64,000 nucleotides of DNA from Candidatus Poribacteria bacterium (lineage in GTDB: Bacteria; Poribacteria; WGA-4E; WGA-3G): NCBI GenBank assembly GCA_965197475.1, contig CBDANF010000003.1, positions 64,001 through 128,000 of the forward strand. The letters are read 5' to 3'. This document shows positions 19,719-30,790 of this stretch, piece after piece. Numbering within the stretch: the stretch's first letter is position 1; the number at the start of each line of letters is the position of its first letter. Below the pieces are notes generated by a model. It saw only the letters and a program-made list of their open reading frames with translations, ran no database searches and was not told the DNA's origin. A program made the translations under genes and the position numbers.

Positions 19719-21068
19719 ATGAAAATATCAAAACAACTTTCACGTCGAACATTTTTACGTGGCTTAGGTGTAACAATTTCCCTGCCGTGGTTAGAAGCGA
19801 TGGGGCCGCTAACAAGTTGGGCAACCGCAGCCACAAAAGGGGTAACAGGACAAATAACACCGAATCGGATGGCATTCCTTTATGCGCCCAACGGGAAAAT
19901 TATGGAGGATTGGACACCGAAACAGGTGGGAGCAAGCTTTGAGCTGACGGGCCTCTTAAAACCGCTTGAAAACGTAAAAGAGAAAATGTTGGTTCTCAGT
20001 GGGCTAACAGCTGATAAAGCACGTGCAAATGGTGATGGCGGTGGTGATCACGCAAGGGCAATGGCAGCCTTCCTTACAGGTGCGCAACCTCGGAAGACAA
20101 GCGGCACAGATATTCATGCAGGAATTTCTGTTGACCAGGCAGCAGCTTCACATATCGGCAATCAAACACGGTTGCCTTCTCTTGAACTTGGCATTGAACC
20201 CGGTTGGAGAGCAGGAAATTGCGACTCCGGTTATAGTTGTGTGTATTCATCAACGCTGTCATGGAAGTCTGCAACGCAACCACTCCCGAAAGAGGTTAAT
20301 CCGAAACTTGCTTTTGAACGCCTATTCACCACCGCACCTAACGCGCAAAAATTACAGCGCGATGAAGATCGAAAAAGCATTCTCGATTTTGTGAGACAGG
20401 ATTCAAAAGACCTAATCCGCCAAGTCAGTGGAAACGATGCTCGGAAACTTGATGAATACTTCTCTGCTATCCGAGAAATTGAAGTGAGAATTGAATCGGC
20501 TGAAAAGTTTCCGCCAATCGAAAACCTTGATTATGCTGCTCCGGAGAAAATTCCGGTGAATTTCCAAGAACATGTTCGTCTCATGTTAGATCTGATCACT
20601 CTTGCATTCCAGACAGATTCGACCCGAATTGTGACCTTTGTCCTATCAAATGAGGGTAGCAACAAGACATATCCGTCTATCAAAATTTCTGAAGGACACC
20701 ATAATCTGTCACATCATGGTGGTGATGAAACGAAAAAGGCAAAAATTCGCAAGATTAACGTTTTCCATACGCAGCAGCTCGCATACCTGCTGGAGAAACT
20801 TGATGCTATACCTGAAGGGGACGGTACGCTGCTTGACCATTCTATGATTTTATACGGTAGTGGAAACTCAGACGGTAATAGACACAGTCACCACGACCTT
20901 CCAATTCTATTAGCAGGCAACGGTTGTGGGACAATTAAAAGTGGACGACATATCCAGTATCCGAAGGAAACGCCGCTCAATAACCTTTGGCTTTCCATGC
21001 TCAACCGAATGGATGTTAATTTGGGACAAATAGGGGATAGCACAGGCAGTTTAGAAGGATTATCTTAA
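19719..21068 (+). CDS. DUF1552 (HXXSHH) Tat-exported protein
   Basis: SRRTFLRG Tat motif, SLELG, CDSGYSCVYS, HHNLSHH, TLLDHS. Confidence 0.9.
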   Translation: MKISKQLSRRTFLRGLGVTISLPWLEAMGPLTSWATAATKGVTGQITPNRMAFLYAPNGKIMEDWTPKQVGASFELTGLLKPLENVKEKMLVLSGLTADKARANGDGGGDHARAMAAFLTGAQPRKTSGTDIHAGISVDQAAASHIGNQTRLPSLELGIEPGWRAGNCDSGYSCVYSSTLSWKSATQPLPKEVNPKLAFERLFTTAPNAQKLQRDEDRKSILDFVRQDSKDLIRQVSGNDARKLDEYFSAIREIEVRIESAEKFPPIENLDYAAPEKIPVNFQEHVRLMLDLITLAFQTDSTRIVTFVLSNEGSNKTYPSIKISEGHHNLSHHGGDETKKAKIRKINVFHTQQLAYLLEKLDAIPEGDGTLLDHSMILYGSGNSDGNRHSHHDLPILLAGNGCGTIKSGRHIQYPKETPLNNLWLSMLNRMDVNLGQIGDSTGSLEGLS

Positions 21069-21120
21069 ATCCCAAGCATGTGTGTCAATTAAGAACAGAT
21101 TTACACGCTCAATCCCAGAT

Positions 21121-21147
21121 CGGTAGGTGCGGTTTCTAACCGCACCG
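21121..21147. repeat. REP-like hairpin GTAGGTGCGGTTTC(C)TAACCGCACC
   Basis: Related copies at ~11866, 40772, 43693, 60624 and 61075, and inside rnpB (11494-11520). Confidence 0.75.
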
Positions 21148-21216
21148 ATCATTCCAAAATCCGAAGCATACACACCTATTAACAAAGCAAATAAATTTTA
21201 TCTGAAGTCTTACAAG

Positions 21217-22812
21217 TTAATGGTCGCTCGTTTTTGCTTTGCCGTAACCTCCACCGCCTGGGGTTTCAATCTGAATAATATCGCCTTCGCGCGCAGGAAC
21301 GGTGGCTTTGCCAGCAAGGGAATGTTCCTCCCCATCACGGATGAGGACGTTACGTCCACACTGTCCACCTTCACCGCCTTGTAAGCCGTAAGGACTAAAC
21401 ACTCGGCGTTCCGATAGAATTGTAACCTCTGCATCTGTCAGGATACGTAACGCACGTACAACCCCAGCCCCACCTCGGAATTCACCTGCCCCACCAGTCC
21501 CATGACGGATCGCATACTGTTCCACTTGCATCGGGTAATTCGTCTCAATTGCTTCTATAGGTGTATTCATTGTGTTGGTCATGTGGGTATGGATAGCATC
21601 AATCCCGTCACAAGTAGGACGCGCGCCCATACCGCCAGCGATGGTTTCATAATAGGTAAAATCTTTTCCCCGCGAAACATCATGTCCACCTATTGTGATG
21701 TTACTCATTGACCCGCAACTTGCAGCAGGAATTCGGTCCGAGCAAGCTTCCGCTAATGCACCGAAAAGCACATCAACGATTCGCTGTGAGGTTTCAACGT
21801 TTCCACCGGCGACCGCAGCAGGGAATTTCGCGTTGATAACGGTTCCTTCAGGCGCGATAATTTGGATCGGTTCTAAACACCCCGCATTGGAAGGCACATC
21901 AACACCTGCAACACATCGGAAAGTGTAAAAAACTGCAGACACCGTGATGGCGTAAATGGCATTAACAGAGCCTTTCACCTGCTTGGAAGTGCCGGTAAAA
22001 TCAACGATAGCCGTATCGTCTTTTATTTCAATGGCAACCTTGATTTCAATCGGTTCATCCGTAATTCCATCATTGTCTAAAAAATCTAAATATGTATAGA
22101 TACCATCAGGAATCTCGCGAAGTAGCGCACGCACCATTCGACTGGAATAGGTACAAAGTTCCTGCATATACAACTCAATTTCCGAAATACCGTATTTGGC
22201 TACTATCTCCTGTAATCGGCGTTCGCCGATGCGGTTTGCGGCAAGTTGTGCTTCCAGGTCACCACGACGTTCAGTTGGCGTGCGTACGTTTGCAAGGATA
22301 AGCTCCCACAGATCGGTGTCTAATTGTCCGCCTCGGATAAGTTTAACAGGTGGAATGCGGATACCTTCCTGAATTACACTCGTAGCTAAAGGCATGGAGC
22401 CGGGGGTCATCCCGCCGACATCAGCATGATGTGCACGGTTCGCAACAAAAAAGTTAGGGTTACTTGCAGACGCTTCTCCGAATACGGGGGCAACCAAAGT
22501 GATATCAGGAAGATGTGTTCCTCCACGATACGGATCATTAAGCACGATCACATCACCCTGTTTCATTTTGGTATGTTCAATTGCTGCTAACACAGAAAGC
22601 GGCATGGAACCGAGATGGACTGGAATATGTGCAGCTTGTGCTACCATCTGCCCGGCTGCATCAAATACTGCGCATGAAAAATCAAGTCGTTCTTTGATGT
22701 TCGGTGAAAAGGCAGTACGTTGTAGCGTAACACCCATCTCTTCTGCCACTGAGGTGAGTATATTCTTGTAAAGTTCTAATTTGATAGGATCAAAGTTCAT
22801 TGGATGTGGCAT
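21217..22812 (-). CDS. Hydantoinase B/oxoprolinase family protein
   Basis: DPIKLEL, AFSPNIKERLDFSCA, HIPVHLGSM, GGTHLPD, ETPGGGGYG. Start placed at ATG 22812 after a GAAGG RBS. Confidence 0.9.
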   Translation of the reverse strand: MPHPMNFDPIKLELYKNILTSVAEEMGVTLQRTAFSPNIKERLDFSCAVFDAAGQMVAQAAHIPVHLGSMPLSVLAAIEHTKMKQGDVIVLNDPYRGGTHLPDITLVAPVFGEASASNPNFFVANRAHHADVGGMTPGSMPLATSVIQEGIRIPPVKLIRGGQLDTDLWELILANVRTPTERRGDLEAQLAANRIGERRLQEIVAKYGISEIELYMQELCTYSSRMVRALLREIPDGIYTYLDFLDNDGITDEPIEIKVAIEIKDDTAIVDFTGTSKQVKGSVNAIYAITVSAVFYTFRCVAGVDVPSNAGCLEPIQIIAPEGTVINAKFPAAVAGGNVETSQRIVDVLFGALAEACSDRIPAASCGSMSNITIGGHDVSRGKDFTYYETIAGGMGARPTCDGIDAIHTHMTNTMNTPIEAIETNYPMQVEQYAIRHGTGGAGEFRGGAGVVRALRILTDAEVTILSERRVFSPYGLQGGEGGQCGRNVLIRDGEEHSLAGKATVPAREGDIIQIETPGGGGYGKAKTSDH

Positions 22813-23662
22813 TGCACCTTCGGTGTTCAATTTTCTGAATTTTCTATCTTCTGACAGATGTTTGACATCAAAGACCAATTGTTCTTCATAAGTTCTACCA
22901 TTTCTGAATGATCGTTTTTCATTAATAAAAACGCGTTTGTAGTCGCGCAATTCACGCGCCTCTTACACTCACCTTCGTCCGAGTTTCAAAATCTCATAAT
23001 ATCTCATAGATGCGATTTTATTTTCAGAATTGGTATTAGTTGCATTTTAACATTTTTTTTTGTAACATACAAGAAAAATCAATATAATGTCTATTGAATT
23101 TCTATATGTGATATGGTATACTTCTCTTGGGACAATTTCATTCTGTCAGGACTTACGACCATGTGTTAAATATGGTTTGTCCGCCCTCTTGCATTTCTAA
23201 ATTCTGTTGGAAATCACTTTATTTTAGAAATTATTTTAAAATAATCGTAAAAAAGATGTAAATTTGATCAGTTTCAGGTAGAGTCTTCAAGTATTTTCCG
23301 ATTTTTCTTTGAGTATTGTCTCGGATCGTAACTTGCAGAAAAATATTCTTGAAAGTGCGAAAAGGTTGAAATTGTTATGCTTGAAGAGAGATTTAAAATC
23401 TGATAACATATCTTCTAAGTGGAAAAGAAGATCCATTTCTAAATATCCTTTCATAGGTTATAGTTTCTGAAAGGAGAACCTCTTTTCTACTTTTTGTCTC
23501 TAAAAAAATGAAAATTGTCCAAACTATAGTATAGTCACGTTATAAGGGAATAAGTTTAAAGTCTGCAAAAATTATGAGGTTTTGGTTAGGGGATTACTTC
23601 TACCGAATGTTTTTAGAAAAAACTATTTTGAGATAGGTTTTATTAAAAGGGGAGTAAAAAAA

Positions 23663-26600
23663 GTGAAAGTATTGAAAAGTTTTATAACAATCAGTTTTCT
23701 ATTAATATTGATTTTGGGTTTTCAAAATGTTAATGCACAAGAGGATATCGCGCAACAGGCATACACGTTATTTGAGCAATACTGCTCGGGCTGTCATGGA
23801 GAATCTGGTGATTATAAGGATAGTCTCCTGCTTGATCGCACCGCGCTTGTTGATACTATGGTCGTTATTCCGGATGATCCAGAAAACTCAGAATTCTATA
23901 AGCGTCTACTTGGATCTACCGACAATGGTGCGCAAATGCCGTTCAATGCAGACCCGCTGTCACCTGATGCAATTGCCACAATTCGAAGCTGGATTGAAGC
24001 GGGGGCACCGGATTGGGTGTCCCAAGATGAGCCTGACCTCAACTTCATTACAACCGATACGATATTTGATACAATCAATACACATCTGGAAACGCTTGCA
24101 CTGTCTCAACGTCCCTATGCGCGATATTTTACATTGACACATCTTTACAATGCGGGTGAAAATCCAGAGACACTCAGGGACTATCGGATTGCGCTCTCAA
24201 AACTGGTAAATAGTCTCTCCTGGGGAGGTTTAGTTACCAATCCGAAACCGATTGACATGGAAGAGACAATCTTTTACATTGATCTGCAGCATTATAATTG
24301 GGATGTCGGAACTGACCGGTGGACGCAAATTGAGCAGGTATATCCGTATAATATTGAGTTTAATCCCGATACACAAGCAAGTTTGCTTGAAAAACTGACA
24401 AGTTTACGTACAAAAATGGAATGTCAAGTGCCGTTTGTCCATGTGGATTGGTTCCTTGCGACTGCGTCCTTACCACCACTTTACAACGACATCCTTGATC
24501 TTCCTGAGACAGCCCGTGAGTTGGAGGACAAACTTGGTGTAGATGTTGCCGGAAATATCCAAAATGCGGCAGGGACTCGTGTCTGGCGTGCGGGGTTCAA
24601 CGACTCTGGCGTGTCAAACCACAATCGGGTTGTTGAACGGCACACATCAAATAATGGTGCGTATTGGAAAAGCTACGACTTTGCAGGAAGTGCAGGAACA
24701 AAGAATATCTTTACATATCCGCTTTCATTCACACACGATGGTGGGGAGATTATCTTCAACCTACCGAACGGATTGCAGGCATATTATCTTGTAGATGCCG
24801 CAGGCAACAGGCTTGATGTGGCACCGACAGATATTGTTTCCAATCCTGCTGCGAATGATCCCGCTGTGTACAATGGTCTTTCATGCATCGGGTGCCATAC
24901 AAAAGGGATGAGGACATTTGAAGATCAGGTGCGTGCTGTTATTGAAAAGACTGAAAACCCGCCTTTTGACAAAGTGAAGGCGTTACGTCTCTATCCGGAA
25001 CAATCGATACTTGATGCACTGCTGCAAAAAGATACCGACAAATTCCAGCAGGCACTTGTAGAAATAGGCGGTCCGTTTGAAGATGATGAATCAAGAGATC
25101 AATTTCTTGAGGAATTTGAATATGAACCGGTCCAGCGGTTCCATGAAGCGTTTCATGGTACGGTTGACGCAGCACACGCTGCAGCCGCTGTTGGCTTAGA
25201 AACAGAGGAATTCCTTGACAAGATACTTGATAATACGCGTTTACAGGACTTAGGCTTATTAGTGCTGATAGGTGAAGACGGGAGCATAAAACGGGATGCG
25301 TGGACTTCTAACTTTGACGAAGTGATTTCTGTGCTATATCCCGATAAAGACGATCCTGAAATAGACCGTCCTCTGGATCCTCTCACCGGGGATGTTTATA
25401 TCCCTGATGTTAGTCTTCGAGCTGCAATTGAAGAGATACTCAATAAAGCACCCGGTGACACAATTACAGCAGCGGATATGGAGAAGGTGACGCGTATTGA
25501 AGCGGACAACAGAGGGATTAGCGACTTGACCGGACTTCAGTATGCAACAAAGCTGGAACGGATAGAATTTCGCCACAACTCAATATCAGACTTATCCCCG
25601 TTGGCGGGTTTAACCCAACTGAATAACATCAAGCTGCGCGGTAACCAGATAACAGACATTACCCCATTGGAAAACTTAAACCGAGTGGATTGGCTCGGGC
25701 TTGAAGGGAATCAGATAATCGATCTATCCCCACTGAAGAGCTTGACAAGATTGGAGGGCATAGGTATTTCTGGCAATCCGGTGGAGGACGTGTCACCTCT
25801 TTCGGAATTAAAGAGCTTAGAGCGGATAGACGCTTGGCGCACCCCCACAAAGGATTTCTCCGCGTTACATTCTTTACGGAGACTGTCCTGGATAGAATAT
25901 GGCAACGATAAATTGATAACTGAGCTACCATCTCTGGAAGGATTAGAATCTTTGACGCGGTTGGTAATTCACGGCTGTAGTATTTCAGATCTTTCCGCAC
26001 TGTCGGAATTAATGCAGTTGGAATGGTTAGAATTAGTAAACAACTCTATAGAAGGTGAAGCTCTCTCAGATCTGAAAAATCTAAAGAATTTGACAACGCT
26101 GAATCTCGATGCCAATCTCATATCGGATGTATCAGGGCTCTCAGAGTTAACCAATTTGGAGGTGTTGTATCTTGAAAACAATCTTATACAAGACGTATCC
26201 GCGCTCAGCAAGTTAAGCAACTTGGAACGGTTGGACCTTCGCAACAATGCGATATCCGACTTTTCACCTTTAGACAGTTTATCCGAGAATACTTTTGTGC
26301 GAATGGTCGGAAATCCGGGTTTTCCCGCTGGTGGTCCGAAAATAACGGGACCGTGGTTATGGGTGATCGTTCCAGGGGATAAATTGGCGGATGGCACAGA
26401 TTTTCTGGCTAAAGCAACTTCAGGTGCAGCTACAGAAATTAAGGTTGCTACCAACGGTGCCGCAGCCGGAAAAGCTGTTGGAGACAACACATGGACATGG
26501 CACACCCTTTCCGCTTTCGGTGGGAACAACATCAATGAAATGACAGAATCACTCGGTTGGGGAACAGGTCGAGAAATATATGATCATATCGTCTACGGCT

Positions 26601-27913
26601 CAGTCGTCCTGGATTCTCCGAGCGAACAGCAGACAAGGATGCTCGTCGGGAGCGATGATGCTGTCAAGGTTTGGCTCAACGGTGAGTTGGTTCATGAAGC
26701 CTACGGTACACGTGGAGCAGCTGACTACGCATATTTCTTTGATGTTACACTGAAACAAGGAAAAAATGTCTTGTTAGTTGCTGTTGACAACCATGGACAT
26801 GGGGGTTTTGCTGGTCATTTTGGTTTTGCAAGTGACGCGAAATATACGGTATTTCGTCCAGGTACCAGATTCTTATTTGCCACAGAGGCTACAAGTTTTG
26901 AGATTGATGATACGTTTACGCTGCATCTAAATACAGAAAATGTGAAAAATTTAGCTGGGTGGCAAGCCGACCTTGTGTTTAATCCTGATGTACTTGAGGC
27001 TATTGAGGTGAGCGAGGGTGATTTCCTGATGTCAGAGGACGAGGAAACCCGCTTTAATGGTGGCACAATTGATAACGAAACCGGTAGAATCACTGGTATA
27101 AATGCCTTACGATTCGACAGTGGGGTCAGTGGAAAAGGCACATTGTGTTCAGTGAGTTTCACTGTTAAGGGACCTGGCGAGTGCCGATTGACACTGGAAA
27201 ATTTTGAGGCAGGTTCCCGCGGCAGTCAGCCAATTCCTGCTACTCCACCAGAGTATGTCATCATTGTGGAAGGAGAGGAACCTACCAGACCGGCATGGGA
27301 TGTAGATCAGGATGGAGAAGTGGACATTTTTGATCTGCTTCAAGTGGCACAGTCCTTAGACACCGATGTATCTGTTAACCCGCAAGCTGACGTAAACGGC
27401 GATGGGTCTATTGATATCTTTGACCTCATCACTGTAGCACAGAATTTCGGTGAATCAACCGCATCCGCTCCTATCTCTGTCGCAATGGACACCGAAGAAC
27501 TCACGCCTGCGATGATACGGGCATGGATAAAACAGGCACAGGTTGAAGATGACGGTTCTATCGCTTTCCGACAAGGTATAGCAAATCTCCAGAAACTTTT
27601 GGAGAGTGTGACGGTGCCAAAGAAAACGGTGTTGCTTGCCAACTATCCGAATCCGTTCAATCCGGAGACGTGGATACCGTATCACCTTGCGAAACCTACG
27701 GCGGTCAATTTGACTATCTACGCTGCCAACGGAACAGTGATTAGGACATTGGTGTTAGGACATCAGGCTGCTGGCATTTATCAGAGTCGTGGTCGTGCAG
27801 CATATTGGGATGGGAAAAATGAGGTAGGCGAATCTGTCGCGAGCGGTGTCTATTTTTATACGTTCACTACAGGAGATTTCGCTGCTACCCGCAAAATGTT
27901 GTTGATGAAATAA
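23663..27913 (+). CDS. Exported multidomain protein: 2 c-type heme motifs + internalin-like LRR + cohesin + dockerin + FlgD-Ig/CTD
   Basis: Signal peptide ending VNA-Q, CSGCH and CIGCH, ~14 LRRs (NxIxDLSPL), LAGWQADLVFNP cohesin, paired DVN/DxDG dockerin repeats, NYPNPFNPETW...TRKMLLMK. GTG start after GGGAG. Confidence 0.85.
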   Translation: MKVLKSFITISFLLILILGFQNVNAQEDIAQQAYTLFEQYCSGCHGESGDYKDSLLLDRTALVDTMVVIPDDPENSEFYKRLLGSTDNGAQMPFNADPLSPDAIATIRSWIEAGAPDWVSQDEPDLNFITTDTIFDTINTHLETLALSQRPYARYFTLTHLYNAGENPETLRDYRIALSKLVNSLSWGGLVTNPKPIDMEETIFYIDLQHYNWDVGTDRWTQIEQVYPYNIEFNPDTQASLLEKLTSLRTKMECQVPFVHVDWFLATASLPPLYNDILDLPETARELEDKLGVDVAGNIQNAAGTRVWRAGFNDSGVSNHNRVVERHTSNNGAYWKSYDFAGSAGTKNIFTYPLSFTHDGGEIIFNLPNGLQAYYLVDAAGNRLDVAPTDIVSNPAANDPAVYNGLSCIGCHTKGMRTFEDQVRAVIEKTENPPFDKVKALRLYPEQSILDALLQKDTDKFQQALVEIGGPFEDDESRDQFLEEFEYEPVQRFHEAFHGTVDAAHAAAAVGLETEEFLDKILDNTRLQDLGLLVLIGEDGSIKRDAWTSNFDEVISVLYPDKDDPEIDRPLDPLTGDVYIPDVSLRAAIEEILNKAPGDTITAADMEKVTRIEADNRGISDLTGLQYATKLERIEFRHNSISDLSPLAGLTQLNNIKLRGNQITDITPLENLNRVDWLGLEGNQIIDLSPLKSLTRLEGIGISGNPVEDVSPLSELKSLERIDAWRTPTKDFSALHSLRRLSWIEYGNDKLITELPSLEGLESLTRLVIHGCSISDLSALSELMQLEWLELVNNSIEGEALSDLKNLKNLTTLNLDANLISDVSGLSELTNLEVLYLENNLIQDVSALSKLSNLERLDLRNNAISDFSPLDSLSENTFVRMVGNPGFPAGGPKITGPWLWVIVPGDKLADGTDFLAKATSGAATEIKVATNGAAAGKAVGDNTWTWHTLSAFGGNNINEMTESLGWGTGREIYDHIVYGSVVLDSPSEQQTRMLVGSDDAVKVWLNGELVHEAYGTRGAADYAYFFDVTLKQGKNVLLVAVDNHGHGGFAGHFGFASDAKYTVFRPGTRFLFATEATSFEIDDTFTLHLNTENVKNLAGWQADLVFNPDVLEAIEVSEGDFLMSEDEETRFNGGTIDNETGRITGINALRFDSGVSGKGTLCSVSFTVKGPGECRLTLENFEAGSRGSQPIPATPPEYVIIVEGEEPTRPAWDVDQDGEVDIFDLLQVAQSLDTDVSVNPQADVNGDGSIDIFDLITVAQNFGESTASAPISVAMDTEELTPAMIRAWIKQAQVEDDGSIAFRQGIANLQKLLESVTVPKKTVLLANYPNPFNPETWIPYHLAKPTAVNLTIYAANGTVIRTLVLGHQAAGIYQSRGRAAYWDGKNEVGESVASGVYFYTFTTGDFAATRKMLLMK

Positions 27914-27967
27914 TTTTATGGCGCGCTGACAAAGCGCGCCTAATCTTAAGATCAGGAGATAGAACGA

Positions 27968-30120
27968 ATGCTACGAACGAAATTATTCATATCTATATTT
28001 ACGCTTTTAACACTACTTTTCATCATTCCGTTGGGGCATTGGCACAAGGTGTTAACATTCCCGACCCGAACCTGCGGGCTACTATTGAAGAAGCACTCGG
28101 TAAAACACCGGGTGTCCTGATTACAGAAAATGAGATGGCAACGCTGGTAGACCTTGCAGCGCGTGACAAAGAGATTAAAGATTTAACAGGACTCGCGTTG
28201 GCAATAAATCTACAAGACCTCAACCTTCGCAACAACCTGATAGATGACATATCCGAACTGACAGGATTGGAGCGACTCAATAGTGTTGACTTGGGTGCAA
28301 ACGTTATAGAGGATATTTCACCGCTCAAGGGTAAAATCATCATGAGATCTCTAGTAATTGACAATACTTTCGTATCCAATCTTGAATCTTTGGAAGGATT
28401 AATCAACTTGGCATATCTAGATATTTCGCATAATGACTTGATTGAAGACCTATCCCCCCTTGGGAATTTAAAAAGGCTGAGGGAATTAGTGATGCATAAC
28501 CTGAAGGGATTGGCGATATCTAATAATAAAGCAGCTGACCTATCCCCCCTTGCAGGATTAATTAGTCTGATAAATTTTCACTCATTTGGCACCTCTATAT
28601 CAGACCTCACCCCCTTGGCAAGCCTACCTAAACTCAGGTTGATTAATATCCATAGCGCGGGAATAAGCGATCTTTCTCCGCTGGAGGGATTAACAGGTTT
28701 GAGAGAGCTATATCTCTTCAACAACAAAATAGAGAACATATCTCCGCTGGCAAGTTTAACAGGCTTGACCCGTTTGAGTCTAAGACATAACAAGGTCTCG
28801 GATGTATCTGCCCTTGCCGCGCTGCGTAATTTGAGATTTATAGATCTTGAAGACAATAAGATATCGGATTTTTCCAAATTGAATGTATTGCGTCTCGGCG
28901 GTACAACTATCCTTGGGAACAACAATCCTGGATTCATAATTGATGCCCCGAAAATCAAGGGTCCGTGGTTGTGGGTAATAGTACCAACTGAAGGAATGTC
29001 CGGGTCGGAAGCGGCAAAATCAAGCACAGATTTTTTGGCACAGGCAAGCGGTGGTACTATTACAGAAGAGATAGTTGCGACTCAAGGTGCTGTTGAAGGT
29101 GCTTCCGTTGGGAATAAGAAGTGGAAAGTTGGTGAACTTTCTCGAAGAGGTGGCAATAACATCAATGAACTTGTAAACGAGGTAGGACTCGGAATAGATG
29201 ATATAAATCATCATGTAGCATACGGTTCAATTATCTTGTCTTCTCCGCAGGAACAGCAGTCAAAGATGTTTGTCGGTAGTGGTGACGCTGTAAAGGTATG
29301 GCTCAACGGTGAATTAGTGCATAATAAAGCCGTAGATCGGGATGCCGACGATTATCAAGATACTGTTGGTGTTGTGCTGAAAAAGGGTGAAAATTTCTTG
29401 TTAGTTGCTGTCTATGAGGGCAAAGGGTGGTGGTCAGGTTTTTTTGGTCTTGACCCTGCCACGCAATTTACAGTCTCTCTACCGAATCCCAGGCTTCCGG
29501 TAGACCATCCAGCGGATGTGAATGGAGACGGAAAAGTGAGTATTCTTGATATGATTCAGGTAGCAAGGTCTTTTGGATTACTCAAACCTGGCGGTTCAAC
29601 TGCAGATGTAAACGGTGATGAAGTTGTTGACATCGACGACCTCATCTTTGTAGCACAACATATAGGCGATCTAACGGATAGTGATGCATCTGCCGCGTTC
29701 TCTCCCGCAATGATACAAGGTTGGATATCACTCGCCTGGGAGAGATACGATGGTTCAATCGAATTCCAGAAAGGAATAACGAACTTAGAAAATATCTTAA
29801 TATCTTTGAAGTCAAAGAAAACAGCAAAGAAAACAGTCCTATTTGCGAATTACCCTAACCCGTTTAATCCGGAGACATGGATACCTTACCAATTGGCAGC
29901 ACCTACTAAAGTAGTTTTGACTATCCATTCTGCAACGGGGTCAGTCGTGCGAACCTTGGCATTAGGATATCAGGCTGCGGGGGTATATAAAACTCGGAAC
30001 CGCGCTGCACACTGGGATGGGAAAAATGAGACCGGTGAATCTGTGGCGAGTGGAATCTATTTTTATACGCTAACAGCAGGAGATTTCACAGCAACGCGGA
30101 AGATGCTAATTCTTAAATAG
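27968..30120 (+). CDS. LRR + dockerin + FlgD-Ig/CTD protein; signal-peptide region is out of frame by 1 nt
   Basis: AGGAG + ATG 27968 encodes MLRTKLFISIFTLLTLLF. The main ORF 28039-30120 is in a different frame and has LRRs, DVNGDG x2 and NYPNPFNPETW. Confidence 0.8.
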
Positions 30121-30122
30121 TA

Positions 30123-30457
30123 TCAAATGACCATAGGATAGCTGGAAGGTTGATGTTTATTGGCTTCCCAGCGATCATTAATGAGTGGGTTGCGTTGGGA
30201 TCGCGAGCATCCTCTTTGAGAAATGATGCGTTTAGCGATAAACGTGTCTAAAGTATAGCAAAACCGGTAGTAGCAGATTTGTCCTGATGTCAGTCGCACA
30301 TCGGCGTGTTGATCAAAATAACTCGAAATCTGTTGATAGTAGGCTTCGGCAACGAGAGGCATCAGATTAAAGTCTGATGAAATCTTCTGAATAATAGCGG
30401 CTCTTGGATTCGGGTTCTCCGTTTGATACCGTAGGCGGTATCCATCTTGCGGTTCAT
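30123..30457 (-). pseudogene. Truncated, frameshifted gene fragment (DUF1670-like N-terminus, tentative)
   Basis: GGAGG RBS + ATG at 30457, then a frame change into AAIIQKISSDFNLMPLVAEAYYQQISSYF. Family assignment is from memory only. Confidence 0.3.
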
Positions 30458-30790
30458 ATTGACCTCCATGAATAGAGTATCAGGGATCCGAGGACATCTA
30501 CTCGTTAGTTTAACCCATACTATTAGTTTGACTCATGGGGTCATTTGATACAAACTATGAAGTCATATTGAGTAAAACATAAGGATGTGTTAAAATAGGG
30601 AAAGAGAAGGGTGGACTTTATGTCCCATTCTTTCTACTTCAGACACCTATTTGCTTTGAGTTCTTAGCTCTTACTCGCTATAAGTTCAATATTAAACAGC
30701 AGCGATGAATGGAGGTTGAAGAGAATTCCGATGACTGATACGAAACAGAACGCAACATCAGAAAAAGCTAATCGGTTCAACGGGCTGAGT

